Notes: generated by a model not told the origin, from the sequence alone. Shown: positions 39,442 to 48,615, numbered from the stretch's first letter. The stretch is DNA of 64,000 bases from Gemmatimonadota bacterium (GCA_039589115.1 JBDHHZ010000001.1:9283-73282), one strand, 5' to 3'. Numbers and translations are program-made.

Positions 39442-40101
39442 TCAGGATCCGTCTTCGGCTTCACCCGGACCGCCGCCCTCCGCCTCGGGCCGGTACATCT
39501 TCACCTGCACGAGCGACGGCCTCAGCAACTTGTCCTTGAACATGTAGCCCTTCGCTAACTCCTGCGCGACGATCTCGTCTTCCTCGGGGATCGCCGTGGG
39601 CACGGTCACCATCGCGTCGTGCAACTCCGGGTTGAACCTCTGGCCCACCGCCTCGATCGGCTTCAGGCCGGACTGCTCCAGCGCGCGCCGCAGCTTCATC
39701 TCCACGAGATGGACGCCCTCCAGGATCGCGGCTGCATCATGGTCGGTGGAACCCAGCTCGCAGACCCGGGCCAGATCGTCCAGCGACTCGAGAAGCTGCT
39801 TCAGCAGACCCGCCTGGGCCAGATGCTCCTGCTGCGCCCGCTCGCGGATCGTCCGCTTGCGGAAATTGTCGAATTCCGCGACCAGCCTCAGGTGGCGGTC
39901 CTCGAGCTCCGTCAGCTCAGAGGTCAGCGCGTCGATCACCTGCTCAGGAGTCAGCTCGTCGGCCTCGGCAGCTTCCACAGCCTCTGGCTCGCCCGCCCCG
40001 GCGGCCTCGAGCGCGGCATCGGCCTCGGGCTCACTCACCTCCGTAGGCTCCTGCTCGCGGATCTCCTCTTTCTTCTTCTTCGTCTTCTTTTTTGAAGGCA
40101 T
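39442..40101 (-). CDS. grpE: nucleotide exchange factor GrpE
   Basis: RLVAEFDNFRKRTIRE motif; 4-nt gap to dnaJ. Confidence 0.9.
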   Translation of the reverse strand: MPSKKKTKKKKEEIREQEPTEVSEPEADAALEAAGAGEPEAVEAAEADELTPEQVIDALTSELTELEDRHLRLVAEFDNFRKRTIRERAQQEHLAQAGLLKQLLESLDDLARVCELGSTDHDAAAILEGVHLVEMKLRRALEQSGLKPIEAVGQRFNPELHDAMVTVPTAIPEEDEIVAQELAKGYMFKDKLLRPSLVQVKMYRPEAEGGGPGEAEDGS

Positions 40102-40194
40102 CGTTCGCTTGCTCTATCGGTTCGTCAGGATTCCCTTCTGAGAGTCATCGCTTTGGCTCGAGCCGTCAAGCCCTCCCAATGACGCGGCTCGCGC

Positions 40195-41079
40195 CTACCC
40201 AGCCGACTCGCCGGCGTTGCTCTGTGCGTGCGTATATCCCGAGATATGCCGCTCGATCCACCCGAGCAGGTCGGCGACCACGCTGGAGCGCGTCGCTTCG
40301 TTCAAGACCTCGTGGTAGAGACCTGGATAGGTCTTGACCCGAATACCGGCCGAGCCAGTGAGCGAGCGCGAGAATCGCTGCATCAGGTCGGGCCGTACCA
40401 GCTTGTCGGCGCTGGGGATCAACATCAGCATCGGTAGCCGCAGTCGGTCCGCTTTCTGGAACGCGATACCCATCTCGCGCTGCAGTTCACCATAGAGTCG
40501 CGGCGTGACCCGGTCGTGGACGAGCGCGTCACGCTTGTAGGCTTCAATCACCTGCGCATCGTGGCTCAAGTACTGTGGATCCAGACCGGAGCTCATCGGC
40601 AGCGCCGGAATGGTGTAGTAGAGCGCCCGCGCTAGCTGCTCCTTCCACTGCGGCACGTCAACGGCGATGCCGAGCAACGGCGCGGAGAATACGGCGCCGC
40701 GCGCCGGGATGCCGCCATACTCCTGAAGGTAGCGGATCAGAATCAGGCCGCCCAGCGAGTGCCCGAGGAAGATAAGCGGCACTTCGGTCCCGACGGCGCC
40801 AACAACGCGCCGGCGGAACTTCTCCAGGTCGTGGATGTAGCGGACGAAACGGCGCACGTGTCCCTTTCGCCCATCCGAGCGCCCGTGCCCGCGATGATCG
40901 AGGGCATAGGTGCTCAATCCGGCCCTGGCGAAATCCTGGGCTAGATCTTTGTAGCGCCCCGAATGCTCGCCAAGTCCGTGGCAGACGATGACGACAGCGC
41001 GCGGCGTCGGCACTTCCCAGCAGCGGTAATGAAGCCGGATGTCGCCGGCGCCCTTGAAATAAGAGTGCCCCCCTCTCAT
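40195..41079 (-). CDS. alpha/beta hydrolase (lysophospholipase / monoacylglycerol lipase-like)
   Basis: HG oxyanion motif (VCHGLGEHSGRY) and GHSLGG nucleophile elbow. Confidence 0.75.
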   Translation of the reverse strand: MRGGHSYFKGAGDIRLHYRCWEVPTPRAVVIVCHGLGEHSGRYKDLAQDFARAGLSTYALDHRGHGRSDGRKGHVRRFVRYIHDLEKFRRRVVGAVGTEVPLIFLGHSLGGLILIRYLQEYGGIPARGAVFSAPLLGIAVDVPQWKEQLARALYYTIPALPMSSGLDPQYLSHDAQVIEAYKRDALVHDRVTPRLYGELQREMGIAFQKADRLRLPMLMLIPSADKLVRPDLMQRFSRSLTGSAGIRVKTYPGLYHEVLNEATRSSVVADLLGWIERHISGYTHAQSNAGESAG

Positions 41080-42341
41080 CGCAGCTCCTCCAACACGGTT
41101 CGGCGCAGCAGATCGAGGCCGCCCTGGGCCGCCCGCATGCGCACCATATCGCGCGTACCCGGGTAATGCCGCAGCGCGGTCACGGTCGACGCACCCAGAC
41201 GCACCGCCAGCCAGACGGTGCCCACCGGCTTCTCGTCCGTTCCGCCCGTTGGCCCCGCGATTCCCGTCACGGCGATCACCGCGTCGGCGCCGGACCGCCG
41301 GCAGGCACCCTCGGCCATCTCCCTCACGGTCTCCTCCGAGACGGCCCCGTGCCGCGCCAGGGTATCCTCCGAGACGCCCAGCAGCTCGACCTTCGCCTTG
41401 TCATCGTAGACGACCATGCCGCCCCAGAGGTAGTCGGATGCGCCAGCCGGCTCGGTGAGCCTGCCGGCGATGAGGCCCGCCGTACAGCTCTCGGCGACGG
41501 CTACTGTAAGCCCCCGTTCCCTAAGCAGCACGCCGACGGCCTCCGCCAACTCGATCTCCTCCTCGGCGTAGATATGGGAGCCCAATATCCGGCGCACCCG
41601 GTCGACCGCTTCATCCAGGGCACCGCTGGTCTCATCCTCGTTCTCTCCCCACGCCGTCAAACGGATATCGTTGCAGTCCACTTCCGGCAAGAAGGCGACA
41701 TCGACGGCCAGGTCGGCGAGCCTGTCGCCAACCCGCTCGGCGATGGCGGACTCGGCGATACCCGCCGTCCGTACGATTCGTCTGAACGGGCGACGCGCCC
41801 CGCTGCCGACCCGCCGGCCCAGGTAGGGTGCGACAGAGTCACGCAGGATGTTCTCCATCTCGTGAGGCGGCCCCGGCAGCAGAACGCAGATCCCCAGCCG
41901 GTCGTCTTCGACGGCCAGACCGGGCGCCGTGCCACGGGGGTTGGGGAAGACCTCGGCCCCGGCGGGCACCTCCACCTGCTTCCGATTGGACTCGGGGATC
42001 GCCCGCCCGCGACGCGCCCAACGCGCTTCCAGAGCCTGCCAGAGGTCCTTGCGGAACTCGACTCCCCGGCCGAACACTCCCGCCACAGCCTCCATGGTGA
42101 CATCGTCCTGCGTCGGCCCCAGGCCTCCAGTAGTGATCGCGGCACCCGCCCGCTGCAGCGCCGTCTCGACGGCCGCGGCGATCGCCTCCGGGACATCGCC
42201 CACGGTGGTCTTTCGCGTCACGCGCAGGCCCAACGGTTCCAGCGTACGGGCGATGACGGCCGCGTTCAAGTCGATTGTAGCCCCGCTGAGAAGCTCGTCG
42301 CCGATCGCGACGATCTCTATCTCGGTGAGCTCCCGCTTCAT
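41076..42341 (-). CDS. cinA: CinA-family protein (MoCF-binding domain plus C-terminal nicotinamide-nucleotide amidase domain)
   Basis: ATG at 42341 (MKRELTEIEIVAIGDELLSGATID) overlaps the pgsA stop (ATGA); C-terminal CinA domain present. Confidence 0.85.
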   Translation of the reverse strand: MKRELTEIEIVAIGDELLSGATIDLNAAVIARTLEPLGLRVTRKTTVGDVPEAIAAAVETALQRAGAAITTGGLGPTQDDVTMEAVAGVFGRGVEFRKDLWQALEARWARRGRAIPESNRKQVEVPAGAEVFPNPRGTAPGLAVEDDRLGICVLLPGPPHEMENILRDSVAPYLGRRVGSGARRPFRRIVRTAGIAESAIAERVGDRLADLAVDVAFLPEVDCNDIRLTAWGENEDETSGALDEAVDRVRRILGSHIYAEEEIELAEAVGVLLRERGLTVAVAESCTAGLIAGRLTEPAGASDYLWGGMVVYDDKAKVELLGVSEDTLARHGAVSEETVREMAEGACRRSGADAVIAVTGIAGPTGGTDEKPVGTVWLAVRLGASTVTALRHYPGTRDMVRMRAAQGGLDLLRRTVLEELR

Positions 42342-42979
42342 GACGAGCCGATACTTCTGACCAGCGCCCGGTATCTCCAGAGGTAGACGGCAAGCGAGTA
42401 AGCCGTCAGCAGCACCGCGATCGTCAGCGTGATCGCCACGTAGAGGCCGTGGAAGACCTGCCAGAAGGACCAGAACGGGGTATCCCAGCCCCGTTCCAGC
42501 GCTTGCCCGCGTACCGCCAGCCAAACGATCTCGCCGCCCATGAACATATTCTGGAAGACCGCCTTGTACTTGCCTTCCACCCCCGCGGCGATCACGACTC
42601 CCCTCCGCTTGGCGAACCAGCGGAAGATCGTGATCGCCAGCTCGCGGCCCAAAACCACGATCAGCACCCAGAGCGGCAGGACGCCCCAGTACGGCACCAC
42701 CGGGACATCGAGGCCCAGTTCGCGGATCGAGACGATGTAGAAGGGGACGAACGTGCTGACGACGAGCAGCTTGTCGGCTATCGGGTCGGCCAGCTTGCCG
42801 AAATCGGTGATCTGGCCCCGGCGGCGCGCCAGATAGCCGTCCCAGATATCGGATATCGCGGCGGCGAGGAAGATGATGAAGGCGACGACGAGCTGTGTGA
42901 GCCCACCGTGCAGGATCAGCAAGAAGACCACGGGCGCCGCTAAGACGCGCGCGACCGTAATACCATTGGGTAGGTTCAC
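42338..42979 (-). CDS. pgsA: CDP-diacylglycerol--glycerol-3-phosphate 3-phosphatidyltransferase
   Basis: CDP-alcohol phosphotransferase motif DxxDGxxARxxxxxxxFGxxxDxxxD (SDIWDGYLARRRGQITDFGKLADPIADK). Confidence 0.88.
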   Translation of the reverse strand: MNLPNGITVARVLAAPVVFLLILHGGLTQLVVAFIIFLAAAISDIWDGYLARRRGQITDFGKLADPIADKLLVVSTFVPFYIVSIRELGLDVPVVPYWGVLPLWVLIVVLGRELAITIFRWFAKRRGVVIAAGVEGKYKAVFQNMFMGGEIVWLAVRGQALERGWDTPFWSFWQVFHGLYVAITLTIAVLLTAYSLAVYLWRYRALVRSIGSS

Positions 42980-42995
42980 GGGAAGGGCTCCCCGA

Positions 42996-43574
42996 TCAGC
43001 CGAGCGACTTGATCACCAGCTTGGCGACGGCCTTGAGAGTATCGAACACACCTACGCCCTTGGTCGCCACTCCTTCGTAGGATGGTACGCGGTCGGGATT
43101 GAGATGTCGATCCAGCTCTTCAACCGACGACACGTTGGGCAGATCGCGCTTGTTGTACTGGATCACGAACGGTATCTGCCGTAGGTCGTAGCCGTACTCG
43201 GCCAGGTTCTCGTACAGGTTGTGCATCGCCTCGATGTTCGCATCCAGACGCTCCACTTGACTGTCGGCGACGAAGACAACGCCGTCGACACCCTTCAGAA
43301 TCAGCTTGCGGCTTGCGTTGTAATAGACCTGCCCCGGAACCGTGTAAAGGTGGAAGCGGGTCTTGAACCCTCGAATCGTCCCCAGATCTACCGGCAAGAA
43401 ATCGAAGAACAGGGTGCGCTCCGTCTCCGTGGCCAAGCTGATCAGCTTGCCTCGCGTGTTCGGCGCGACCTTGTTGTATATGTACTCCAGGTTCGTCGTC
43501 TTACCGCCGAGCCCGGGCCCATAATACACGATCTTGCAGTTGATCTCCCGGGAGGCATAGTTGATCATCGACAT
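42996..43574 (-). CDS. mglA: Ras-like small GTPase MglA
   Basis: 192-aa protein near-collinear with Myxococcus MglA ([35 protein letters not shown]...FDFLP...[12 protein letters not shown]...[11 protein letters not shown]). Confidence 0.9.
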   Translation of the reverse strand: MSMINYASREINCKIVYYGPGLGGKTTNLEYIYNKVAPNTRGKLISLATETERTLFFDFLPVDLGTIRGFKTRFHLYTVPGQVYYNASRKLILKGVDGVVFVADSQVERLDANIEAMHNLYENLAEYGYDLRQIPFVIQYNKRDLPNVSSVEELDRHLNPDRVPSYEGVATKGVGVFDTLKAVAKLVIKSLG

Positions 43575-43586
43575 GGTCGAGATCCT

Positions 43587-44087
43587 CTATTCCCGGAATA
43601 GTCGGTCAATTTCATCCTCCGCTTCATCCACGAAGCCCCGCTCCAATGCCGGGGACTCTTCCTCTTCCGCCCGCCCGAACACTTCCTCGAACGCCCTGTT
43701 CAAACCTACAACAGCGTCCTTGATCTTGATCCGCACCAGTCCCAGCGTCGTCTGCTGGTTGAACAGCACGACCAGGATCAGCCGCTTACCGATGTCGGCG
43801 AGATACATCGACTCGGTGCGGCCCTGGTGGAAAAGCGAGTTGAATTCCTCCTCACCGATCAGTGAAGCCAGTTGATCGTTGGCTGAGAAGTCGGCGGCCG
43901 TCAGGCTGGCGAAGGCAGCCGAATCGAAATTGGGCTGCTCTCCTACCGTGGTGACCAGCTGACCCGTCCGGTCAACGAGCAGCGCGCAGCGCGCGTTCGA
44001 CTCGTAGAGGAGATTGTTGAGGATCTCCTCGATTCGCTGCGAGTCGCTAGGCCCGAAAGACCAGCTCGGAGCTCCGCCAGGCGTCAT
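43587..44087 (-). CDS. mglB: MglB, Roadblock/LC7-family partner (GAP) of MglA
   Basis: Roadblock core (VDRTGQLVTTVGEQ...SLTAADFSANDQLASLIGEEEF...LVVLFNQQTTLGLVRIKIKDA) plus an acidic C-terminal tail, as in M. xanthus MglB. Directly upstream of mglA. Confidence 0.85.
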   Translation of the reverse strand: MTPGGAPSWSFGPSDSQRIEEILNNLLYESNARCALLVDRTGQLVTTVGEQPNFDSAAFASLTAADFSANDQLASLIGEEEFNSLFHQGRTESMYLADIGKRLILVVLFNQQTTLGLVRIKIKDAVVGLNRAFEEVFGRAEEEESPALERGFVDEAEDEIDRLFRE

Positions 44088-44434
44088 CCGTCCGCTCGTC
44101 CGTTCCCGTTGGTGCCACCCGCTTCCTCCGAGCCGGTGGTCAAAGTGCGCTCGATGCGGTCGAGGATCGACGTCGCACGCTTGCGCAACATCGGTTCCGT
44201 CTCCCAGCTCAAGAAGTCACGCAGCAGGTGGACGTTCTCGATGTCCGGGTGCTTCCCGATGTAAGTCAACGCGGCGAGGCGACGCAGCGGTCTGGGGCTG
44301 AACAGATCGCGTCGATGACGGTGGACCTGATCACGGACCAGCAGGACGCCCAGTGCGCTGACCGCCACCACCCCGGCGGCGGTGAGACCCAGAGTCCGTA
44401 GCAGTCTGTTCGTGGCGATCGCCCCCTTCTTCAT
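44084..44434 (-). CDS. hypothetical small protein with an N-terminal transmembrane helix, co-oriented with mglBA
   Basis: 116-aa ORF whose stop overlaps the mglB start by 4 nt; no recognisable domain. Confidence 0.45.
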   Translation of the reverse strand: MKKGAIATNRLLRTLGLTAAGVVAVSALGVLLVRDQVHRHRRDLFSPRPLRRLAALTYIGKHPDIENVHLLRDFLSWETEPMLRKRATSILDRIERTLTTGSEEAGGTNGNGRADG

Positions 44435-44445
44435 GTTGTCTCCAC

Positions 44446-45030
44446 TTACATGCCCCGGCGACCGGCCAAAGCCTGTGCGATGGTCACGTCGTCGGCATAC
44501 TCGAGATCGCCGCCCACCGGCAGCCCACGCGCCAAGCGCGTCACGCTGACCCCGCGCGGCGCCAGGACCTTGTGCAGATAGGTGGCGGTAGCCTCCCCCT
44601 CCACGCTGGGGTTCGTCGCTACGATCACCTCGCGGATCTCGCCGTTCAGCCGGGCGATGAGCGAGTCCACGGTCAATTCCTCGGGCCCGATGCCGTCGAG
44701 TGGAGAGAGGCAGCCTCCCAGCACGTGGTAGAGCCCCCTATAACCGCCCGAGGCATCGATTGCCGTGATATCCGAAGCCTCCTCGACTACGCAGATCTGC
44801 GTCCGATCCCGGCTCCCGTTAGTGCAGTACTCGCACGGATCGGACTCGCTCAGGTTGTTGCAGACCGTGCAGTGCCTCACTCGCTCGGCCACCGCTTCGA
44901 TGGCCAGCGCTAATCGGCACGCCTCCTCCGGCGGGTTTTTCAGCAAAAAATGGGTGAGCCGATAGGCGGTCTTGCGACCGATGCCAGGGAGGCGCGTGAA
45001 CTCTCTGGCCAGATCGTCGATGACCGACAT
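44446..45030 (-). CDS. recR: recombination protein RecR
   Basis: HhH motif (LPGIGRKTAYRL), C4 zinc finger (CTVCNNLSESDPCEYC), Toprim domain. Confidence 0.95.
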   Translation of the reverse strand: MSVIDDLAREFTRLPGIGRKTAYRLTHFLLKNPPEEACRLALAIEAVAERVRHCTVCNNLSESDPCEYCTNGSRDRTQICVVEEASDITAIDASGGYRGLYHVLGGCLSPLDGIGPEELTVDSLIARLNGEIREVIVATNPSVEGEATATYLHKVLAPRGVSVTRLARGLPVGGDLEYADDVTIAQALAGRRGM

Positions 45031-45039
45031 GCCTGGGCC

Positions 45040-45369
45040 CTACGAGCCCCCGAAGAGGTTGCCCAAGTTGAACGGGGCCAGCCCGCCCGCCATCCGACCG
45101 ATCTCCTCTTCATAAAGCTGGCGAGCGCGAGCCTGAGCATCGGACACGGCCGCCTGCACGAGGTCCTCAAGCATCTCGACGTCCGAGGCGTTCACTACTG
45201 ACGGATCGATCTTGATCTCTCGAATCCGGCCCTGGCCGTCCGCCACCACCGTGACCAAACCGCCCCCGCTGCTGGCCGTTACCGTCTTTGAAGCCAGTTG
45301 CGTCTGTATCTCGGTCAGGCGTGCCTGACCTTGTTGGACCAGCTGGAACAGCTGGTGGATATTGTTCAT
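45040..45369 (-). CDS. ybaB: YbaB/EbfC nucleoid-associated DNA-binding protein
   Basis: 109-aa YbaB-family sequence in the conserved dnaX-ybaB-recR arrangement. Confidence 0.85.
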   Translation of the reverse strand: MNNIHQLFQLVQQGQARLTEIQTQLASKTVTASSGGGLVTVVADGQGRIREIKIDPSVVNASDVEMLEDLVQAAVSDAQARARQLYEEEIGRMAGGLAPFNLGNLFGGS

Positions 45370-45468
45370 CCTGGCTCACTCCCGCTCACCCAACATCACC
45401 GCTCAAAGTTTACGCATAGCCGAAAAGCACGCAAGGCCACACGTTTGCGGCACTGCCGCCCTCCCGCT

Positions 45469-47151
45469 TCAGTCGATGAACTCCAGATCCAACTTGTCGA
45501 CCAGCTGCTTCAGCCCCTCATCACCGCCCATCAGCCGGTCCAGCTTCTGCCGCTTGGCTGTCTCCTGGCTTACCCTCGGCGGAAGCGGCTCCTGCCCACC
45601 TTCGCCCCCCACGCGTATGGGACGCCCCAAGCGCTGCGAAAGTTCCTCCTCGATGCGGCGCCGCGTCACAGTGTTCTGCAGCACTTCCGCCGCCGGCGTA
45701 CCCTCCGCCGCGGAGATCCGCAGTTCCCCGCTCGGGTCCAACCCGACGATCTGAGCCGCCCTGAGCGCGATCCCCTGCCCCGGTCGCAGCACCTTGCCCG
45801 CGGCAATCATCTCCTGCCAAGCGGCCTGGGCGGCCTCCAGCGGACCGCCCCCCGCGCCCCCCGCGCCTCGAGGCTCTTCCGGGACGCCGCCGGAGGGCTC
45901 GCGCTTCTCGCGCCGGGAGCTCGGTTCCGGGGCCGGTCGGCTCGGCGCGCTGGAGACCTCGCGGACCTTCGCCGTCGGCCCCGGATTCCCCGACGCCGAT
46001 GATCCTCCGCGCATCGCGGCGATCAACTCCTCCAACTCGACGGTCCGATCGAGCATGGCGAACTTGAGCAGCGTGACCTCGATGAGGATCCGCTGCTGCT
46101 CGCTCTTGCGGAACCGGCCGTCGGTATCCAACTCCGCCAGCGCCGAGAGCATACGCAGCAGGTCGCCGGGAGCGAATCGCCGGGCGATCTCCACGTATCG
46201 CTCGGAGAGACCTTCGGGCACGAAGCTCAGCGCGTCGGCATCCTCCAGGCGGATGCGCAGCAGCAGGCGGAGCGTATCGCCGAGTCCCTTGTAGAACTCC
46301 TCGAGGTCGTAGCCGCCATCGATGAGCCGCTGCACGAAGCCGAAGACGTCGCCGGCGCGTCCTTCGTGAAGGATCTCGAACAGATCGAAGTAGAGCTCTT
46401 CCTCGACCAGTCCGAGCACCTGGCGCACATCCTCGGCGGCTATGCGATCGCCGCTGAAGGCGAGTACCTGGTCGAGCGCCGACAGCGCATCGCGCAACGC
46501 GCCGTCCGCCTTGCGCGCGATGGGGATCAGCGCCGCCTCTTCCGCATCGACGTTCTCGGCCCGCAGCACCTCGACCAGCCGCTCGCGGATCTGTTCCAAC
46601 GAGATGCGATGGAAATCGAATCGCTGGCAGCGCGAGAGGATCGGCGGCGCCGACTGGAAGATCTTGCCGGGCTCGGTCGTTGCCAGCACGAAGATCACGC
46701 GGGGCGGCGGCTCCTCGAGGATCTTGAGGAACGCGTTCCACGCCTCACGCGTGAGCATGTGGGCCTCATCGATGATGTAGACCTTATAGCGCGATTCCTC
46801 GGAGGGCGCGTACATCGCGCGCTCACGCAGATCGCGGGCATCGTCCACACCACGGTTCGATGCGGCATCGATCTCGACCACGTCCAACGACGTGCGGCCG
46901 GACCAGATCCGCTCGCAGCTATCGCAGCTACCGCACGGCTCGCCGTCCTGCCGGTTCTCGCAATTCAGCGCCATCGCCAGGACCCGGGCGGCCGTCGTCT
47001 TGCCTATACCGCGAGGCCCGCAGAATAGGTAGGCGTGGGCCACCCTGCCTCGCTCCACGCCGGTCCGCAGCGTGACGGAGACGTGATCCTGGCCTACGAT
47101 CTCCGCGAAGTTGCGTGGACGATAGAGACGTGCGAGTGCCGGTCGATGCAT
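45469..47151 (-). CDS. dnaX: DNA polymerase III subunit gamma/tau
   Basis: AAA+ Walker A GPRGIGKTTAARVLAMALNC, zinc module CGSCDSC, DEAH box; Pro/Ala-rich linker and C-terminal tau domain. Confidence 0.93.
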   Translation of the reverse strand: MHRPALARLYRPRNFAEIVGQDHVSVTLRTGVERGRVAHAYLFCGPRGIGKTTAARVLAMALNCENRQDGEPCGSCDSCERIWSGRTSLDVVEIDAASNRGVDDARDLRERAMYAPSEESRYKVYIIDEAHMLTREAWNAFLKILEEPPPRVIFVLATTEPGKIFQSAPPILSRCQRFDFHRISLEQIRERLVEVLRAENVDAEEAALIPIARKADGALRDALSALDQVLAFSGDRIAAEDVRQVLGLVEEELYFDLFEILHEGRAGDVFGFVQRLIDGGYDLEEFYKGLGDTLRLLLRIRLEDADALSFVPEGLSERYVEIARRFAPGDLLRMLSALAELDTDGRFRKSEQQRILIEVTLLKFAMLDRTVELEELIAAMRGGSSASGNPGPTAKVREVSSAPSRPAPEPSSRREKREPSGGVPEEPRGAGGAGGGPLEAAQAAWQEMIAAGKVLRPGQGIALRAAQIVGLDPSGELRISAAEGTPAAEVLQNTVTRRRIEEELSQRLGRPIRVGGEGGQEPLPPRVSQETAKRQKLDRLMGGDEGLKQLVDKLDLEFID

Positions 47152-47288
47152 ATTCGTCGAATAAAAGGGGTTAGCCGTTCCGCGCAGGAGTGAGCCCTCT
47201 TCCCGCCCACCTCACCAGCGCCGCCACCTGACGGGCCTGTTTGGAAGAATCTACTCCGCCGCCCGCACGGCGCAACGACTCCCCTGAC

Positions 47289-48451
47289 CTAGCGATCTCC
47301 ACCGAGCACCCGCAGCCGGTACGAGCCTACATCGCTCGCTCTCAGCGAGCTGGCGATGATGCGGTAGGTCCCGTCCTCCGTCAGGGTGACCACGATGCGA
47401 GAGTCGAGGTCGCCGGCGCCATCATCATCGGTCATCGGCTCTGCGATCCCGGGGCCGACGAAGTACAGGTAGCAATCGAAGTCGTCGGACATGAGATCGA
47501 TGGTATACCTCTCTCCGGCCCGGCCTTGCAGGGCCCACGCCTGCCCGCGCCGCCCGTCGACGATCAGCGGATCGTCCAGGCTGAGCCGGCGTTCCATCGT
47601 GCCGCCCACCTCGGCCGTACGCCCGTCGGTGGGCAACGTGTTCAGGTCCAGCGGCTCCTCCACCTTCAGCGTGTAGGATCCGGTGACACCACCGCTCGTC
47701 TGGCTCGCCACCACCAGGTAGGTCGCGTTCTGGGGGAAGGTCACCGTGAGCTGTGAGTTCAGGTCGCCAGCCCCGTCGTCGTCGGTCAGCACATCGCCGA
47801 GCCCGGGGCCGGTGATGTAGAGGTAGGCATCGAAAGCGTCCGACTCCAACGTTATCGTCGCCGACTCGCCGGCCCGCGCCTCCAACGTCCACGCCTCCGC
47901 CTTCCGACCCTCACCGACCGTAGGGCTCTCGGCGGTCAGCGTGCCCGACTCCACGTCACCCAACTTGAGCCTTCTCCGACCGTCCGTGGGTAGCGCCGTG
48001 AGCACCGCCGGGTTCAACGCGCCGCAAGCGTAACCGGCCGTCGGCCCCGGCATGTCCGATGCGCGTAGGATGTACGTGCCGATCGACTCCGACACGGAAC
48101 TGGCAACGACGCGGAAGGTGCCGTTCTCCAGGAAGGTGAAGGTGATGCGGGCGTGGCAGGCGCCGCCCCCATCGTCATCGGACAGCGTCTGCCCCAGCCC
48201 CGGTCCGACCACGTAGAGGAAGGCGTCGAAGTCCTCCGAGATCAGGTCGATGGTCACCGACTCGCCCCGCGCGCTTCCGCGCCAACGGTCAGCTGGCCCT
48301 CCACTTCCATCAGCTCGAAGATGGAGCCGCTTTCCTGTGCTTCCGCGGGACGCGCTGCCGCCGACAGGACGGCGCAGAGAGCTACGGAGAAGATCGAGAG
48401 AAGGCGGATTGGGCTGAGCACAATAATCACCTCGATGAGAGTTCGGTGCAT
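47289..48451 (-). CDS. secreted protein with three tandem ~100-aa PPC-like beta-domain repeats; apparent +1 frameshift near 48262..48275
   Basis: Signal peptide MHRTLIEVIIVLSPIRLLSIFSVALCAVLSAAARPAEA is encoded in frame A (48451..48254). The three repeats (TIDL[IM]S[ED]DFD[AC][FY]LY..GPG...DDDG[GA]GD...) are in frame B (to 47289). Dropping one C in GCGCGCGGGGCGAG joins them as ...GQLTVGAEARGESVTIDLISEDFD..., which matches repeat 2. Confidence 0.6.
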
Positions 48452-48528
48452 CCACCTGAGAGGCTCCGCGCGGACGCGGTTCGAATCTAACTATTCGGCA
48501 GGTTGGGATCGACACGCAAGTAGGACAT

Positions 48529-48615
48529 CAGTATGCGGTGTGCGGTGTGCGGTAGGATGAGAGTCGCACCCGCCACTCGCGGCTCTGATCACCGCATACT
48601 GCATACTGCACACTG
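48529..48615. repeat. heptamer palindrome, copy D
   Basis: CAGTATGCGGTGTGCGGTGTGCGGT ... ACCGCATACTGCATACTGCACACTG, with an internal mini-palindrome in the loop; intergenic. Confidence 0.8.

Noticed and set aside
40102-40194. CIRCE / HrcA operator upstream of grpE-dnaJ
   Set aside because: I found no TTAGCACTC-N9-GAGTGCTAA-like inverted repeat, and hrcA is not in the window.
45469-47151. Programmed -1 frameshift site in dnaX (A AAA AAG-type slippery heptamer)
   Set aside because: I could not find a slippery heptamer plus downstream hairpin in the reading frame; the gene appears to encode only full-length tau.
47152-47288. SRP RNA (ffs) call upstream of dnaX
   Set aside because: The genomic position fits, but the invariant helix-8 sequence (GGUCAGGUCCGGAAGGAAGCAGC) is absent. 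I kept it only as a low-confidence finding.
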